The notes beneath the pieces are model-generated. The model was not told the DNA's origin. It saw only the letters and a list, made by a program, of their open reading frames with translations, and searched no databases. The translations under genes and the position numbers were made by a program. From contig JAJZXW010000041.1 of NCBI GenBank assembly GCA_021806225.1, positions 21,355 through 85,354 on the forward strand: a stretch of 64,000 nt of DNA. The letters are read 5' to 3'. Position 1 is the first letter of the stretch. Each line of letters opens with the position of its first letter. The stretch is from Nitrospirota bacterium. GTDB taxonomy: Bacteria; Nitrospirota; Leptospirillia; Leptospirillales; Leptospirillaceae. Shown here piece after piece: positions 19,268 through 27,641 of this stretch.

Positions 19268-19344
19268 AACCTCTATCTTCACATTACCACTGCCATGAGG
19301 AAAGTAAAGAATGAGGAATGATCAGGAGACCTTGCCCGGGGAAG

Positions 19345-20007
19345 TCAGGACGATTCCTCCCGGAAGAGAAGCGCCAGGTGGAGCATGACTCCGATCCCAT
19401 CCCGGGCCAGAATATTGTCGATGGATCGCAGTGTCCATCCCGTAACCATCAGATCGTCGACGAGAACGACCCCGTCTCTCGGCCAATCGACACTGACCCC
19501 GCGCACCAGCTGAAAGTTGGGGGAAAAGATGGACTCTCTCCGTTCAGATCGACTCCGGGCCTTTTGGGGAGAATCACTGGTCCGCACAATTCCGGAAAAG
19601 GAAACGGGTACGGACCGGAGACGGTGTACCCGGAAGGCGAATGCGTCGGGAATGGAAAGGTCCCGACGAATGAGTCGGCTCTTGGATGGGGGGACAGGAA
19701 GCAGAAGTTTGGCACCTTCCGGAAGAAGGCTCGTCAGTCGTCCACGATCGAAAAGAATCTCCATCGCCTTCCGGTTCCCCTGGTTTTTTGCCAGACGGAA
19801 GAGTCGGGCCACCGGACCGGCATCGCGGTAAACAATCCGGACATTCCGCCCTCCCCGAACCATCTCCCGGCCAGGGTGGCTCCATACCGGATCGTTTTCA
19901 CAAACCGGACAAAGGTCCCGCTGGCGGGATTTCGCACCACATGACAGGCAGATCCGGGAAAAAAGGTGCGAGAGAAGGGAAGGCCCCTCGCCTCCCCCCG
20001 GACTCAT
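19345..20007 (-). CDS. comF: ComF-family phosphoribosyltransferase-domain protein
   Basis: It has an N-terminal zinc-finger-like C..C...C..C (CLSCGAKSRQRDLCPVC) and a PRTase motif (VVLVDDLMVTGWT). The start was reset to ATG 20007, which overlaps the upstream stop as ATGA. The ORF-track start at 20202 would overlap the lapB-like gene. Confidence 0.75.
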   Translation of the reverse strand: MSPGGGEGPSLLSHLFSRICLSCGAKSRQRDLCPVCENDPVWSHPGREMVRGGRNVRIVYRDAGPVARLFRLAKNQGNRKAMEILFDRGRLTSLLPEGAKLLLPVPPSKSRLIRRDLSIPDAFAFRVHRLRSVPVSFSGIVRTSDSPQKARSRSERRESIFSPNFQLVRGVSVDWPRDGVVLVDDLMVTGWTLRSIDNILARDGIGVMLHLALLFREESS

Positions 20008-21410
20008 GTTGGCGTTGGACCTGAAAAATATTCCTGATATGCCGTCCTGAAGGCGGGAGCCGAGGAGTGGAGCGGAGGACCAGCATCCTGGGATGCTGCC
20101 TCTGAAAAGAGAAGTCCGTCGGTACGGATCACCGTGTTCCATTGATGGCAGGCGGGACACCGGCCGGACCATCCAGGGTAAAAAGTCCGACAGGACTTGC
20201 AAACATAGGGTTGGTCGCTGGAAGGATCCAGGGTCAGAATTCGTTTGTAGGAATCGATTGCCGCCTCAATCTGTCGTCTCCTTTCGTAAATCTCACCCGC
20301 CAGCCTGTAGAATTCTCCTCCCCAGGAAGCATCCCCTTCCATGGCTTCGAGGAGGGAGAGGGCCTCCTCTTCCATACCGAGAAGATTCTGGATGCGTGCC
20401 TGATGAAAACGCAGGCCGGGACTCCCCGATTTTTTTCCGAGAGCCTTTTCGTAGAGAGAGAGAACAGCATCCGGGTTTCCTTTCTCCAGGTAGAACTCCT
20501 CCAGTCTGACGAGATGTAATGTCTGGCCAGTACGTTCCCATCCTTCCCAGAGATTTTCGATCCCTTCCTTCTCCCGCCCCTCGACGATCTGCGCCTCCGC
20601 CAGCCCGATTCGCGCCGGGGTGAAGGATGGATCAATCTTGAGGGCCCCCCGAAAGGCCCTTCTGGCCCCTTCCGTCTGTCCCTGGTGGTGGAGGAGCGAA
20701 CCGACCTCGAATCGGATTCCCACAAGGACCGACACTTCCCTGTCCCGCCTCTCGCCCTTTTCGAAGGAGCGCGCAAGAACGGTCTGGACCGAAAGCGCCT
20801 CCTCCCAACGGTCGTTCTTGACAAGAAGTCTGCGAAAGAATTCCAGGACCTCCCGGTTGCGGCCCTCCTTCTTGAAGTATTCACGTAAAAGGGCCATAGA
20901 ATCCTCGACCCGACCCGCCCCTTCATAGTCATTCGCCAGTGCCAATACCAGCCGAACATCCTCCTCGTCGAAAACCCTTGCCCGACGGTGAATCCGTATC
21001 GCTCCGACATAGTCGCCTGACGATCGTTTAAGATCCCCGTAAAGAAGAAGTGCTTCCTTGTGGTCCGGGAAGAGCGTTACAAGACGTTCCAGAATCGAAA
21101 TCGCCTGGGGAAGGTGGGAGCGGTTGATCTCGGTCCAGGCCCTCTTCCAAAGGGCCATGGCTTTTTCGGACCTTTTTTCCTCTCGACCCTCCCGTAAATT
21201 TTCTACCCAGGAGGCGAGATCCGAAAGGCCATGGATCATAAAAACGAGGCCTGCGCCAAAAGCAAATGCGAGAACAAGAAGGGTGATCTGGGGAAGAACG
21301 AGGACCTTATGGGGAAGCAGCTGAAAGGATACCTTCTGGTCGTTCCATTCGGCCAGCTTGACGAGCCCGACCGCCAGAAGGAGCATGACCAGAAGGAGAA
21401 GACGCGTCAT
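20004..21410 (-). CDS. lapB: LapA-like (two TM helices) fused to LapB/YciM-like TPR plus rubredoxin-type zinc-ribbon protein
   Basis: 468 aa. The N-terminus (LAEWNDQKVSFQLL...LLVLAFAFGAGLVFMIHGL) resembles LapA/DUF1049. Multiple TPRs follow, then CKSCRTFYPGWSGRCPACHQWNT, the LapB-type C-terminal metal site. Confidence 0.7.
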   Translation of the reverse strand: MTRLLLLVMLLLAVGLVKLAEWNDQKVSFQLLPHKVLVLPQITLLVLAFAFGAGLVFMIHGLSDLASWVENLREGREEKRSEKAMALWKRAWTEINRSHLPQAISILERLVTLFPDHKEALLLYGDLKRSSGDYVGAIRIHRRARVFDEEDVRLVLALANDYEGAGRVEDSMALLREYFKKEGRNREVLEFFRRLLVKNDRWEEALSVQTVLARSFEKGERRDREVSVLVGIRFEVGSLLHHQGQTEGARRAFRGALKIDPSFTPARIGLAEAQIVEGREKEGIENLWEGWERTGQTLHLVRLEEFYLEKGNPDAVLSLYEKALGKKSGSPGLRFHQARIQNLLGMEEEALSLLEAMEGDASWGGEFYRLAGEIYERRRQIEAAIDSYKRILTLDPSSDQPYVCKSCRTFYPGWSGRCPACHQWNTVIRTDGLLFSEAASQDAGPPLHSSAPAFRTAYQEYFSGPTPT

Positions 21411-21898
21411 GGAGAATGAAGCTCCCTGCCAGCGAAATTTGTTGGCTCCCCGGAAGAGGAGTACAGGGTCAGCCTTTCGACCGGCAGGACCCTGCGTTCC
21501 TTTCCGGCCTCGTCAAAGGCGAAGATGGCCGCGTCGGCGTAAAGGTCTTCAAGCCGATAGATTCCACGAACCCCCGGCAAAAAAAGGTCCACGACGATGT
21601 CTCCCAAGTCGAGAAGTGTCCACCGCGCTCCCCGCTCAGGGGACAATCCAAAGCCGGGTCGCGACAGTTCCTCGTCCAGGGCTTCGAGCGCCGCCTGCAT
21701 ATGTCGTTCATTCTCGGCATCTCCGAGAATCAGGCAGTCTGCATAGGAACACATTCCTCTGACGTCAATTACCCAGACATCTCTAATTTTCTTGTCGACG
21801 ATAACTTTCGCCAATTTTCTGGCCTTATCGAGAATTTCAACTTCCTTGATATCAATTTTTCGTTCATTCGACAAACTCACGAAGGCTCCTTGCCCCAT
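21407..21898 (-). CDS. rsfS: Ribosome silencing factor RsfS (Iojap family)
   Basis: 163 aa. The core (DVWVIDVRGMCSYADCLILGDAENERHMQA...WTLLDLGDIVVDLFLPGVRGIYRLEDLY) matches RsfS. It overlaps the next gene by 4 nt. Confidence 0.85.
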   Translation of the reverse strand: MGQGAFVSLSNERKIDIKEVEILDKARKLAKVIVDKKIRDVWVIDVRGMCSYADCLILGDAENERHMQAALEALDEELSRPGFGLSPERGARWTLLDLGDIVVDLFLPGVRGIYRLEDLYADAAIFAFDEAGKERRVLPVERLTLYSSSGEPTNFAGRELHSP

Positions 21899-21978
21899 CA
21901 GAAAAAAAACGTTTTAAAAAATATAGCGAAAGATTTCGCGACCGGGATATGATCCGGCTCCGAAAACATTATGAAAAA

Positions 21979-22734
21979 TCAGGATATTTCCCCTTGCTTC
22001 TTCGAAAATCCCTTATATATCCTTCTTTTCACAATATAGGATTTCACGGAATCAGGCAAGAGATTGGTCCAATACTCCCGGTTCTCGCCAGACAGACCTT
22101 TCCTCAGATCCGTCGACGAAATATCCACAGCGTTAATCCGAAGAAACCTCAGCGTAGTTCCAAAATTCGGAAGCGGCCAGACTGCCTCTTCCAACTCCCC
22201 TCTCCGAACACGGGTGACGACCGCTTCTGCGGAAACGGAATCAAAGGGACCCGCGGCACGCAGAGTCGTGAAAAAGGCCTCCACGGTCCTCTCTTCCTCC
22301 GCTCCCGGCCGGGTGACGATGACAAGGTGGGCCCCCGCCACAATCACCTCGGGTTGCCCCCAGCTCCAGAAATCGGAGAAAGCGTCTTCTCCCATGAGGA
22401 AAAAGGGGGGAGGATCGATGGCAAGCGCAGAAATGGTCCGCGCGGTGTATGAAGGTCCTTTCATTCGGCACTCGATGTCGGAGCTTCGCCAGCCGGGGTG
22501 ATCCCCGATGGCGAGATCAAGCATGATCTTTCTTTCCTCGCAGGAAATTTCTGGAAAATCCTTGTGCGGGGGATGTCCCGTCGGAATGAAAAGGATTTCC
22601 TGAAGGTCCAGACGCGCCTCGATCTCTGCGGCCAGGGCCATATGCCCTCTGTGAACCGGGTTGAAGGCCCCCCCGAAAAGCGCAAGGGTCGGGCGTTTTT
22701 TTTTATCAGCGGCCCCGTAGGTGTCCATGGCCAT
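21979..22734 (-). CDS. nadD: Nicotinate-nucleotide adenylyltransferase
   Basis: 251 aa with the GGAFNPVHRGH nucleotidyltransferase motif and an ISSTDLR-type motif near the C-terminus. Confidence 0.85.
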   Translation of the reverse strand: MAMDTYGAADKKKRPTLALFGGAFNPVHRGHMALAAEIEARLDLQEILFIPTGHPPHKDFPEISCEERKIMLDLAIGDHPGWRSSDIECRMKGPSYTARTISALAIDPPPFFLMGEDAFSDFWSWGQPEVIVAGAHLVIVTRPGAEEERTVEAFFTTLRAAGPFDSVSAEAVVTRVRRGELEEAVWPLPNFGTTLRFLRINAVDISSTDLRKGLSGENREYWTNLLPDSVKSYIVKRRIYKGFSKKQGEIS

Positions 22735-23968
22735 GAACCAGATACTTGGTCGTGGTCAGTTCCGACAGCCCCATCGTTCCCCGTGCATGGATCCGGGTGG
22801 TGCTGATTCCCACTTCGGCACCCAGTCCGAATACTCCCCCATCGTGAAGACGAGTGGAGGCGTTGACCATCACGCAGGAGGCGTCCACCTCCCGCAGGAA
22901 GCGTTCGGCATCAAAGACGTCGGATGTCACGATGGCTTCGGTGTGCCCCGACCCGTAGCGGGCAATATGGTCCAAGGCCTCGTCGAGATTCGCCACGATG
23001 CGAAGGTTCATCGAAAGGGAGAGAAATTCTGTGGCGTAGGTCTCGGGAGTGGCGGGTGGAATGGAGGGATCGAGATGTCGGGTACGCGGACATCCGAAAA
23101 CCGTCACTTCCTTTTCCCTGAGGATATTGAGGAGGGGATGGACAAAGCTGTCGGACAGCCCTTCGTGCACCAAAAGGGTTTCCATCGAATTGCAGGTCGA
23201 GGGGCGGTCGACCTTGGCATTGAGCGCGATGTCCCGGGCCATGGTGAAGGGAGCGCTGGCCGAGACGTAAACGTGACATATTCCCTGATCATGGCGCAAA
23301 ACCGGTACGCGGGCGTGAGTGACCACCGCCTCCATCAAAGAGGCGCCTCCCCGGGGAATCACCACATCGAGGGTGGTGTTGGAGACAAGATCCTGGACCA
23401 CCTTCCGGTCGGTCCAGGGAAGAAAGGCGATTCCGTCAGGATTGACATTGGCCTCGGCCAACCCCTCCCAGATAGCCTGTGATAGGAGCGTGTTGCTACG
23501 GACCGCCTCCGATCCTCCCTTGAGAACCACGCCGTTTCCGGACTTGAAACAGAGAGATGCAACCTCCACCGTCACGTTGGGTCGCGATTCGTAGACCACC
23601 CCCACCAGACCGATCGGAACACGCACCTTTTCGATGACAAGGCCGTCGGAATTTTCCCAGCGGGAGAGAGAAGTTCCCACCGGATCGGCCAGTATGGCAA
23701 TATCCCGCACCCCCCTGACCATTCCTTCGAATCGGGACTCGGTGAGAAGCAGCCTGTCGCACATTGCGGGAGACAATCCCTTCGAGAGGGCCTCATCATA
23801 ATCCTGACGGTTCGCCTTCAGAATTTCAGGCTGAATCGCCTCGAGCTGTCGTGCGATCTTTTCCAGGGCTTCGTTTTTCTTCCCCGAGGTCAATATCGCA
23901 TAGGAGCGCGAAGCCGCCTTTGTTTTTCTGAGAATAGGATCCAGCTCCGCTTCATGATAGGACATCAT
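22706..23968 (-). CDS. proA: Gamma-glutamyl phosphate reductase
   Basis: 420 aa of the aldehyde dehydrogenase-like ProA type (VYESRPNVTVEVASLCFKSGNGVVLKGGSEA; GSGHTEAIVT; NASTRLHDGG). Confidence 0.92.
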   Translation of the reverse strand: MMSYHEAELDPILRKTKAASRSYAILTSGKKNEALEKIARQLEAIQPEILKANRQDYDEALSKGLSPAMCDRLLLTESRFEGMVRGVRDIAILADPVGTSLSRWENSDGLVIEKVRVPIGLVGVVYESRPNVTVEVASLCFKSGNGVVLKGGSEAVRSNTLLSQAIWEGLAEANVNPDGIAFLPWTDRKVVQDLVSNTTLDVVIPRGGASLMEAVVTHARVPVLRHDQGICHVYVSASAPFTMARDIALNAKVDRPSTCNSMETLLVHEGLSDSFVHPLLNILREKEVTVFGCPRTRHLDPSIPPATPETYATEFLSLSMNLRIVANLDEALDHIARYGSGHTEAIVTSDVFDAERFLREVDASCVMVNASTRLHDGGVFGLGAEVGISTTRIHARGTMGLSELTTTKYLVHGHGHLRGR

Positions 23969-25143
23969 CGCTCCCCCTTCCTTCCTTGGTGGTACTGACC
24001 GGTCAGTACGAGATCATTTCGATGAACGAGGATTCCTTGCATTCCATCCATCCACTCGGCCGATCCCGTGCGGGCGATTCCCCTGGCAACTTCTCTCCCC
24101 TGGGGATCGATAAGATAGACCGGATCCCTCGGCAAAAATTGTCCTTCGACTCCGACGACTCCGGCCCCCAAAAGACTTCTTTTTCCTTCCGAGAGGGCTT
24201 TTGCAGCCCCCATATCGAGCCGGAATCCCCCCATGGGGCGGGAAAAATGACCGATCCATATCTTCCGGTTGGAAGGTAGCTTCTCATGGGTCTCGAAGAG
24301 GGTTCCAGTCCTTCCTTCGAAGAATCGGAAAATCCCGGAAGGAATGTCCCCCTTCAGGACACCGACCGGAAGTCCCCACCCATTGGCCCAAAGGGCAGTG
24401 CTGACCTTCGAGGCCATCCCGCCCGTACCGAGACCGCTCCGGGAGACTCCGGCCATCCGTTCGATTTCGGGACTGATTCCATGGATGCAGGCAATTTTCT
24501 TCGCATCCCTAACGACCCGGGGATCAGCCGTGTACAGGTGAGAGACATCCGAGAGCAGCAACAGACAATCCGCCCTTATGAGACCGGCGACATAGGCAGA
24601 CAGACGGTCGTTGTCCCCAAAGCGTATTTCGAAGGTCGCCACGGCATCGTTTTCGTTCACGACGGGAACGATGCCCAGAGAAAGGAGCGTTTCCGTTGTC
24701 CGCTCTAGATTTGTAAACCGCTCCCTGTCAACGATGTCGGAAGGAGTCAGTAGGATCTGGGCCGTATGAATTCCATGGCGACCCAGGGCACGTTCCCACT
24801 GGATCATGAGGGAGGACTGCCCGGCAGAGGCTGCCGCCTGCTTGAGCGCAAGGGAAAGCGGCTTTTTCCCGAGGCCGATTTTTTCCCGCCCTGCGGCGAT
24901 CGCTCCGGAAGAAACGAGAACGACCCGGATCCCTTCGGTCCGGAGGAGCGCGACTTGGCGGGCTATTCGTCCAAAGGCGCGAGGCGAGAGAGCGCCCGAT
25001 TCATCGGTCAGGATCTGGCTGCCGACCTTGAGAACCAGGATCCGAAGGCTCTTTCTGATTCGAAGACGCTCTTCCAGGCAACCTTTGACGATCGATTTCT
25101 CAGCCTTGGGAAGGGAGGGTTCCGGCAAGGGATTTTCCTTCAA
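23965..25143 (-). CDS. proB: Glutamate 5-kinase with C-terminal PUA domain
   Basis: Kinase core (LVLKVGSQILTDESG, VLVSSGAIAAG) plus a PUA-like C-terminus. The ORF-track start (25272) lies deep inside obg. In-frame TTG codons at 25143 and 25128 are more plausible starts. Confidence 0.88.
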   Translation of the reverse strand: MKENPLPEPSLPKAEKSIVKGCLEERLRIRKSLRILVLKVGSQILTDESGALSPRAFGRIARQVALLRTEGIRVVLVSSGAIAAGREKIGLGKKPLSLALKQAAASAGQSSLMIQWERALGRHGIHTAQILLTPSDIVDRERFTNLERTTETLLSLGIVPVVNENDAVATFEIRFGDNDRLSAYVAGLIRADCLLLLSDVSHLYTADPRVVRDAKKIACIHGISPEIERMAGVSRSGLGTGGMASKVSTALWANGWGLPVGVLKGDIPSGIFRFFEGRTGTLFETHEKLPSNRKIWIGHFSRPMGGFRLDMGAAKALSEGKRSLLGAGVVGVEGQFLPRDPVYLIDPQGREVARGIARTGSAEWMDGMQGILVHRNDLVLTGQYHQGRKGER

Positions 25144-26140
25144 GAAGAAGATCGAGGGCCGACAAAAGCGACGGGATTCCCTCTCCCGTCTGAGACGAGA
25201 GAAAAAATGGAGTCCGGCCTGTCTTCTGGCAGAACATCCTGAAAGCCTCCACCCTCTGGGGGTCTCCAGCATCGATCTTGGTGGCCGCTAGCTCCTCTGG
25301 TTTCTCAAGGAGAGCGGGATCGTAGAGCTCAAGCTCCTTCCGTATCACCCGGTAGGCCTCCTCCGGATTTTCGGGGCCTTCGAAGCTGACATCAATAAAA
25401 TGAAGAAGAATTTCTGTCCGCTCCACATGGCGAAGGAAACGATCCCCCAGCCCTCGTCCTTCGTGCGCTCCCTCAATCAGTCCGGGAAGATCGGCGATAA
25501 CGTATTCCCGGTTTCTGGGGGGCTGACCACGCGAAACGACCCCAAGATGGGGGTAAAGGGTTGTGAAGGGGTAGGATCCGATGCGGGGATGGGCCCGAGT
25601 GACGCGACCAAGAAAGGTGGATTTCCCGGCATTTGGAAATCCCAGGAGACCCACCTTTGCCATGACTTTGAGCTCGAACTTCAGGAAAACATCCTGGGCT
25701 GGCTTTCCAGGCTCCGCAAACTCGGGAGCCTGCCGTGTCGGAGTGGCGAAGTGAACATTTCCACGTCCGCCGCGTCCCCCCTGGGCCGCAACGAAAGTCT
25801 GCCCTTCGGAGACCAGATCGGCCAGTAGCTCACCTGTATCGGCATTGAAAACCTGGGTCCCCAGAGGCAATTGGAGCGTCAGGTCCTGTCCGGTCCTCCC
25901 GTGCTGTTTTTTTCCTCGACCATTCTCCCCTGAAGAGGCAACGACACGAGGTCTGTGCTTGAAATCCAGCAGAGTCGATTTCGCGGAGGTTCCCTGGAGA
26001 ATAATGGATCCGCCGTTCCCTCCGTCTCCTCCGTCGGGCCCCCCACGGGGAACAAATTTCTCCCTCCGAAAGGAAGCCGACCCATCGCCCCCTTTGCCGG
26101 AGGAGACCCAAAGAGTGACCTCATCGACAAACTGAGACAT
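25100..26140 (-). CDS. obg: GTPase Obg/CgtA
   Basis: 346 aa with the Gly-rich Obg fold (GGDGGNGG) and G1 motif GFPNAGKST. It has the conserved position after rpmA. Confidence 0.92.
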   Translation of the reverse strand: MSQFVDEVTLWVSSGKGGDGSASFRREKFVPRGGPDGGDGGNGGSIILQGTSAKSTLLDFKHRPRVVASSGENGRGKKQHGRTGQDLTLQLPLGTQVFNADTGELLADLVSEGQTFVAAQGGRGGRGNVHFATPTRQAPEFAEPGKPAQDVFLKFELKVMAKVGLLGFPNAGKSTFLGRVTRAHPRIGSYPFTTLYPHLGVVSRGQPPRNREYVIADLPGLIEGAHEGRGLGDRFLRHVERTEILLHFIDVSFEGPENPEEAYRVIRKELELYDPALLEKPEELAATKIDAGDPQRVEAFRMFCQKTGRTPFFLSSQTGEGIPSLLSALDLLLEGKSLAGTLPSQG

Positions 26141-26191
26141 GGACCCTCCGGAGGGAGAAAAGCAGAAACTGCCCGAGTACCGGACGCAGGG

Positions 26192-26476
26192 TCAGGCCTC
26201 GACAGTCCCTGGAACGAGGATGGTGTGAGGGACGATGCTGATCTTTTTCGCGTCGCGACCGTACCGGGAAAACCGGACGGTTCCTGTCTGCATAGCAAAA
26301 AGGGTATGATCTCGCCCCATTCCTACATTGTCTCCGGGGTAGAACTGGGTCCCTCGCTGCCGGACCAGGATGTTTCCGGCCAGAACGAACTGGCCATCGT
26401 GGCGCTTGACGCCCAGACGTTTCGACTCGGAATCGCGACCGTTACGGGTCGAACCGACCCCTTTCTTATGAGCCAT
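26192..26476 (-). CDS. rpmA: 50S ribosomal protein L27
   Basis: 94 aa beginning [24 protein letters not shown]. Confidence 0.95.
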   Translation of the reverse strand: MAHKKGVGSTRNGRDSESKRLGVKRHDGQFVLAGNILVRQRGTQFYPGDNVGMGRDHTLFAMQTGTVRFSRYGRDAKKISIVPHTILVPGTVEA

Positions 26477-26490
26477 GAGATGTTCCTCTC

Positions 26491-26814
26491 TTAAGCAGTC
26501 TTGATGATGGATTCAATCTTCACACGGGACACTAGCTGGCGGTGTCCCTTCTTGCGCCGGTAATTTTTTCGGCGCTTCTTCTTGAAAACAATGATTTTGG
26601 GATCCTTTTCCTGGCGAAGGATGCGTCCATGAACCTCGACGGAAAGAGGCTTCTCCTCCGTCGCGTATGAAATGACTCCTTCTTCAGACACCATCAACAC
26701 CTGGTCGAAGATAACAGCCCCTTCTTCCTCTAGGCGTTCCACGACAAGAATCTGTCCGGGGGCGACGCGATACATCTTGCCCCCTGTCCGTATCACGGCA
26801 AAATTTTCTGCCAT
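26491..26814 (-). CDS. rplU: 50S ribosomal protein L21
   Basis: The internal Met ([17 protein letters not shown]...) is preceded by AGAGGGGG. The ORF-track extension to 27027 has no L21 homology. Confidence 0.9.
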   Translation of the reverse strand: MAENFAVIRTGGKMYRVAPGQILVVERLEEEGAVIFDQVLMVSEEGVISYATEEKPLSVEVHGRILRQEKDPKIIVFKKKRRKNYRRKKGHRQLVSRVKIESIIKTA

Positions 26815-26913
26815 GAGGTCCCCCTCTTTCTGATAGCCTGACGATTGATCCGGCAGAGAACTCTGCCGACATTCCAAGGGACCATCGGGTCCCGCCCAAA
26901 GTCGCAAAGTTGA

Positions 26914-26943
26914 AATATAACACAAGGACCTGAAAGGATGCAA
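26914..26943 (-). promoter_or_regulatory. Candidate sigma70 promoter for rplU-rpmA-obg
   Basis: On the minus strand: TTGCAT (26943-26938), an 18-nt spacer, then extended -10 TGTTATATT (-10 at 26919-26914). A 7-bp hairpin lies in the resulting leader (26851-26868). Confidence 0.3.
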
Positions 26944-27131
26944 AACAATTCGGTGAAGGCAGCGGTCGATATCGATTGAAACTGGTCGCCAACTGTGAGA
27001 ATATCTCAGAATACATTCCCCGATCATAATAGAATCGAAGAAAAATCGGAAAAATGGATCCCGAGGGGATCCTTAGGTTTTCGAATGAGCGGCAGTTTTT
27101 TTTCCAAAAACGCATTAATAGAGACTAGAGA

Positions 27132-27638
27132 ATGCCAGACCCTATCGTTCCAAGAAAGAAGTCCACAGGAATCGCGGGATCACTCAAAAACAGGCCCGCT
27201 GCAGCGGGAGTGGATCTTTCCGAGCATCTTCGCTCTCACGGAATTCATCCGACCCAGCAAAGGCTCAGGGTCCTGAAGGTTCTTGTGGAATCGAAAGCTC
27301 ACTTGAGCGCCGAAGAAATTCACGGATTGGTCCGGGCCCAGACTCCACGAATCGGCCTTGCGACCATTTACCGAACCCTTCACGCCCTCAAGGAAAAGGG
27401 GCTTGTGGAAGAACACCGGTTCAATGACGAATTCAGCCGCTACGAGGCCATGCCGGCCAATCACCATGACCACCTGATCTGCATCGAGTGCGGAAAGGTC
27501 GTCGAGTTCGATCAACCTCTGATTGAACAACTCCAGCTCGCTGCAGCCAAGGAAAACCATTTCTCGATTGTTTTTCATCGGCTTGAAATATATGGGATCT
27601 GCGAAAGCTGCGCAGAACTCCATAAGAAAAATCCCTGA
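27132..27638 (+). CDS. fur: Fur-family metalloregulator
   Basis: 168 aa with a winged-helix region (TQQRLRVLKVLVES...LSAEEIH...IGLATIYRTLHAL). Metal sites are HHDHLICIECGKVVEF and CESC. Confidence 0.85.
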   Translation: MPDPIVPRKKSTGIAGSLKNRPAAAGVDLSEHLRSHGIHPTQQRLRVLKVLVESKAHLSAEEIHGLVRAQTPRIGLATIYRTLHALKEKGLVEEHRFNDEFSRYEAMPANHHDHLICIECGKVVEFDQPLIEQLQLAAAKENHFSIVFHRLEIYGICESCAELHKKNP

Positions 27639-27641
27639 CGG

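Noticed and set aside
27021-27040. Fur box for fur autoregulation (GATCATAATAGAATCGAAG)
   Set aside because: Only about half of the 19 positions match the consensus, which is not distinguishable from AT-rich background.
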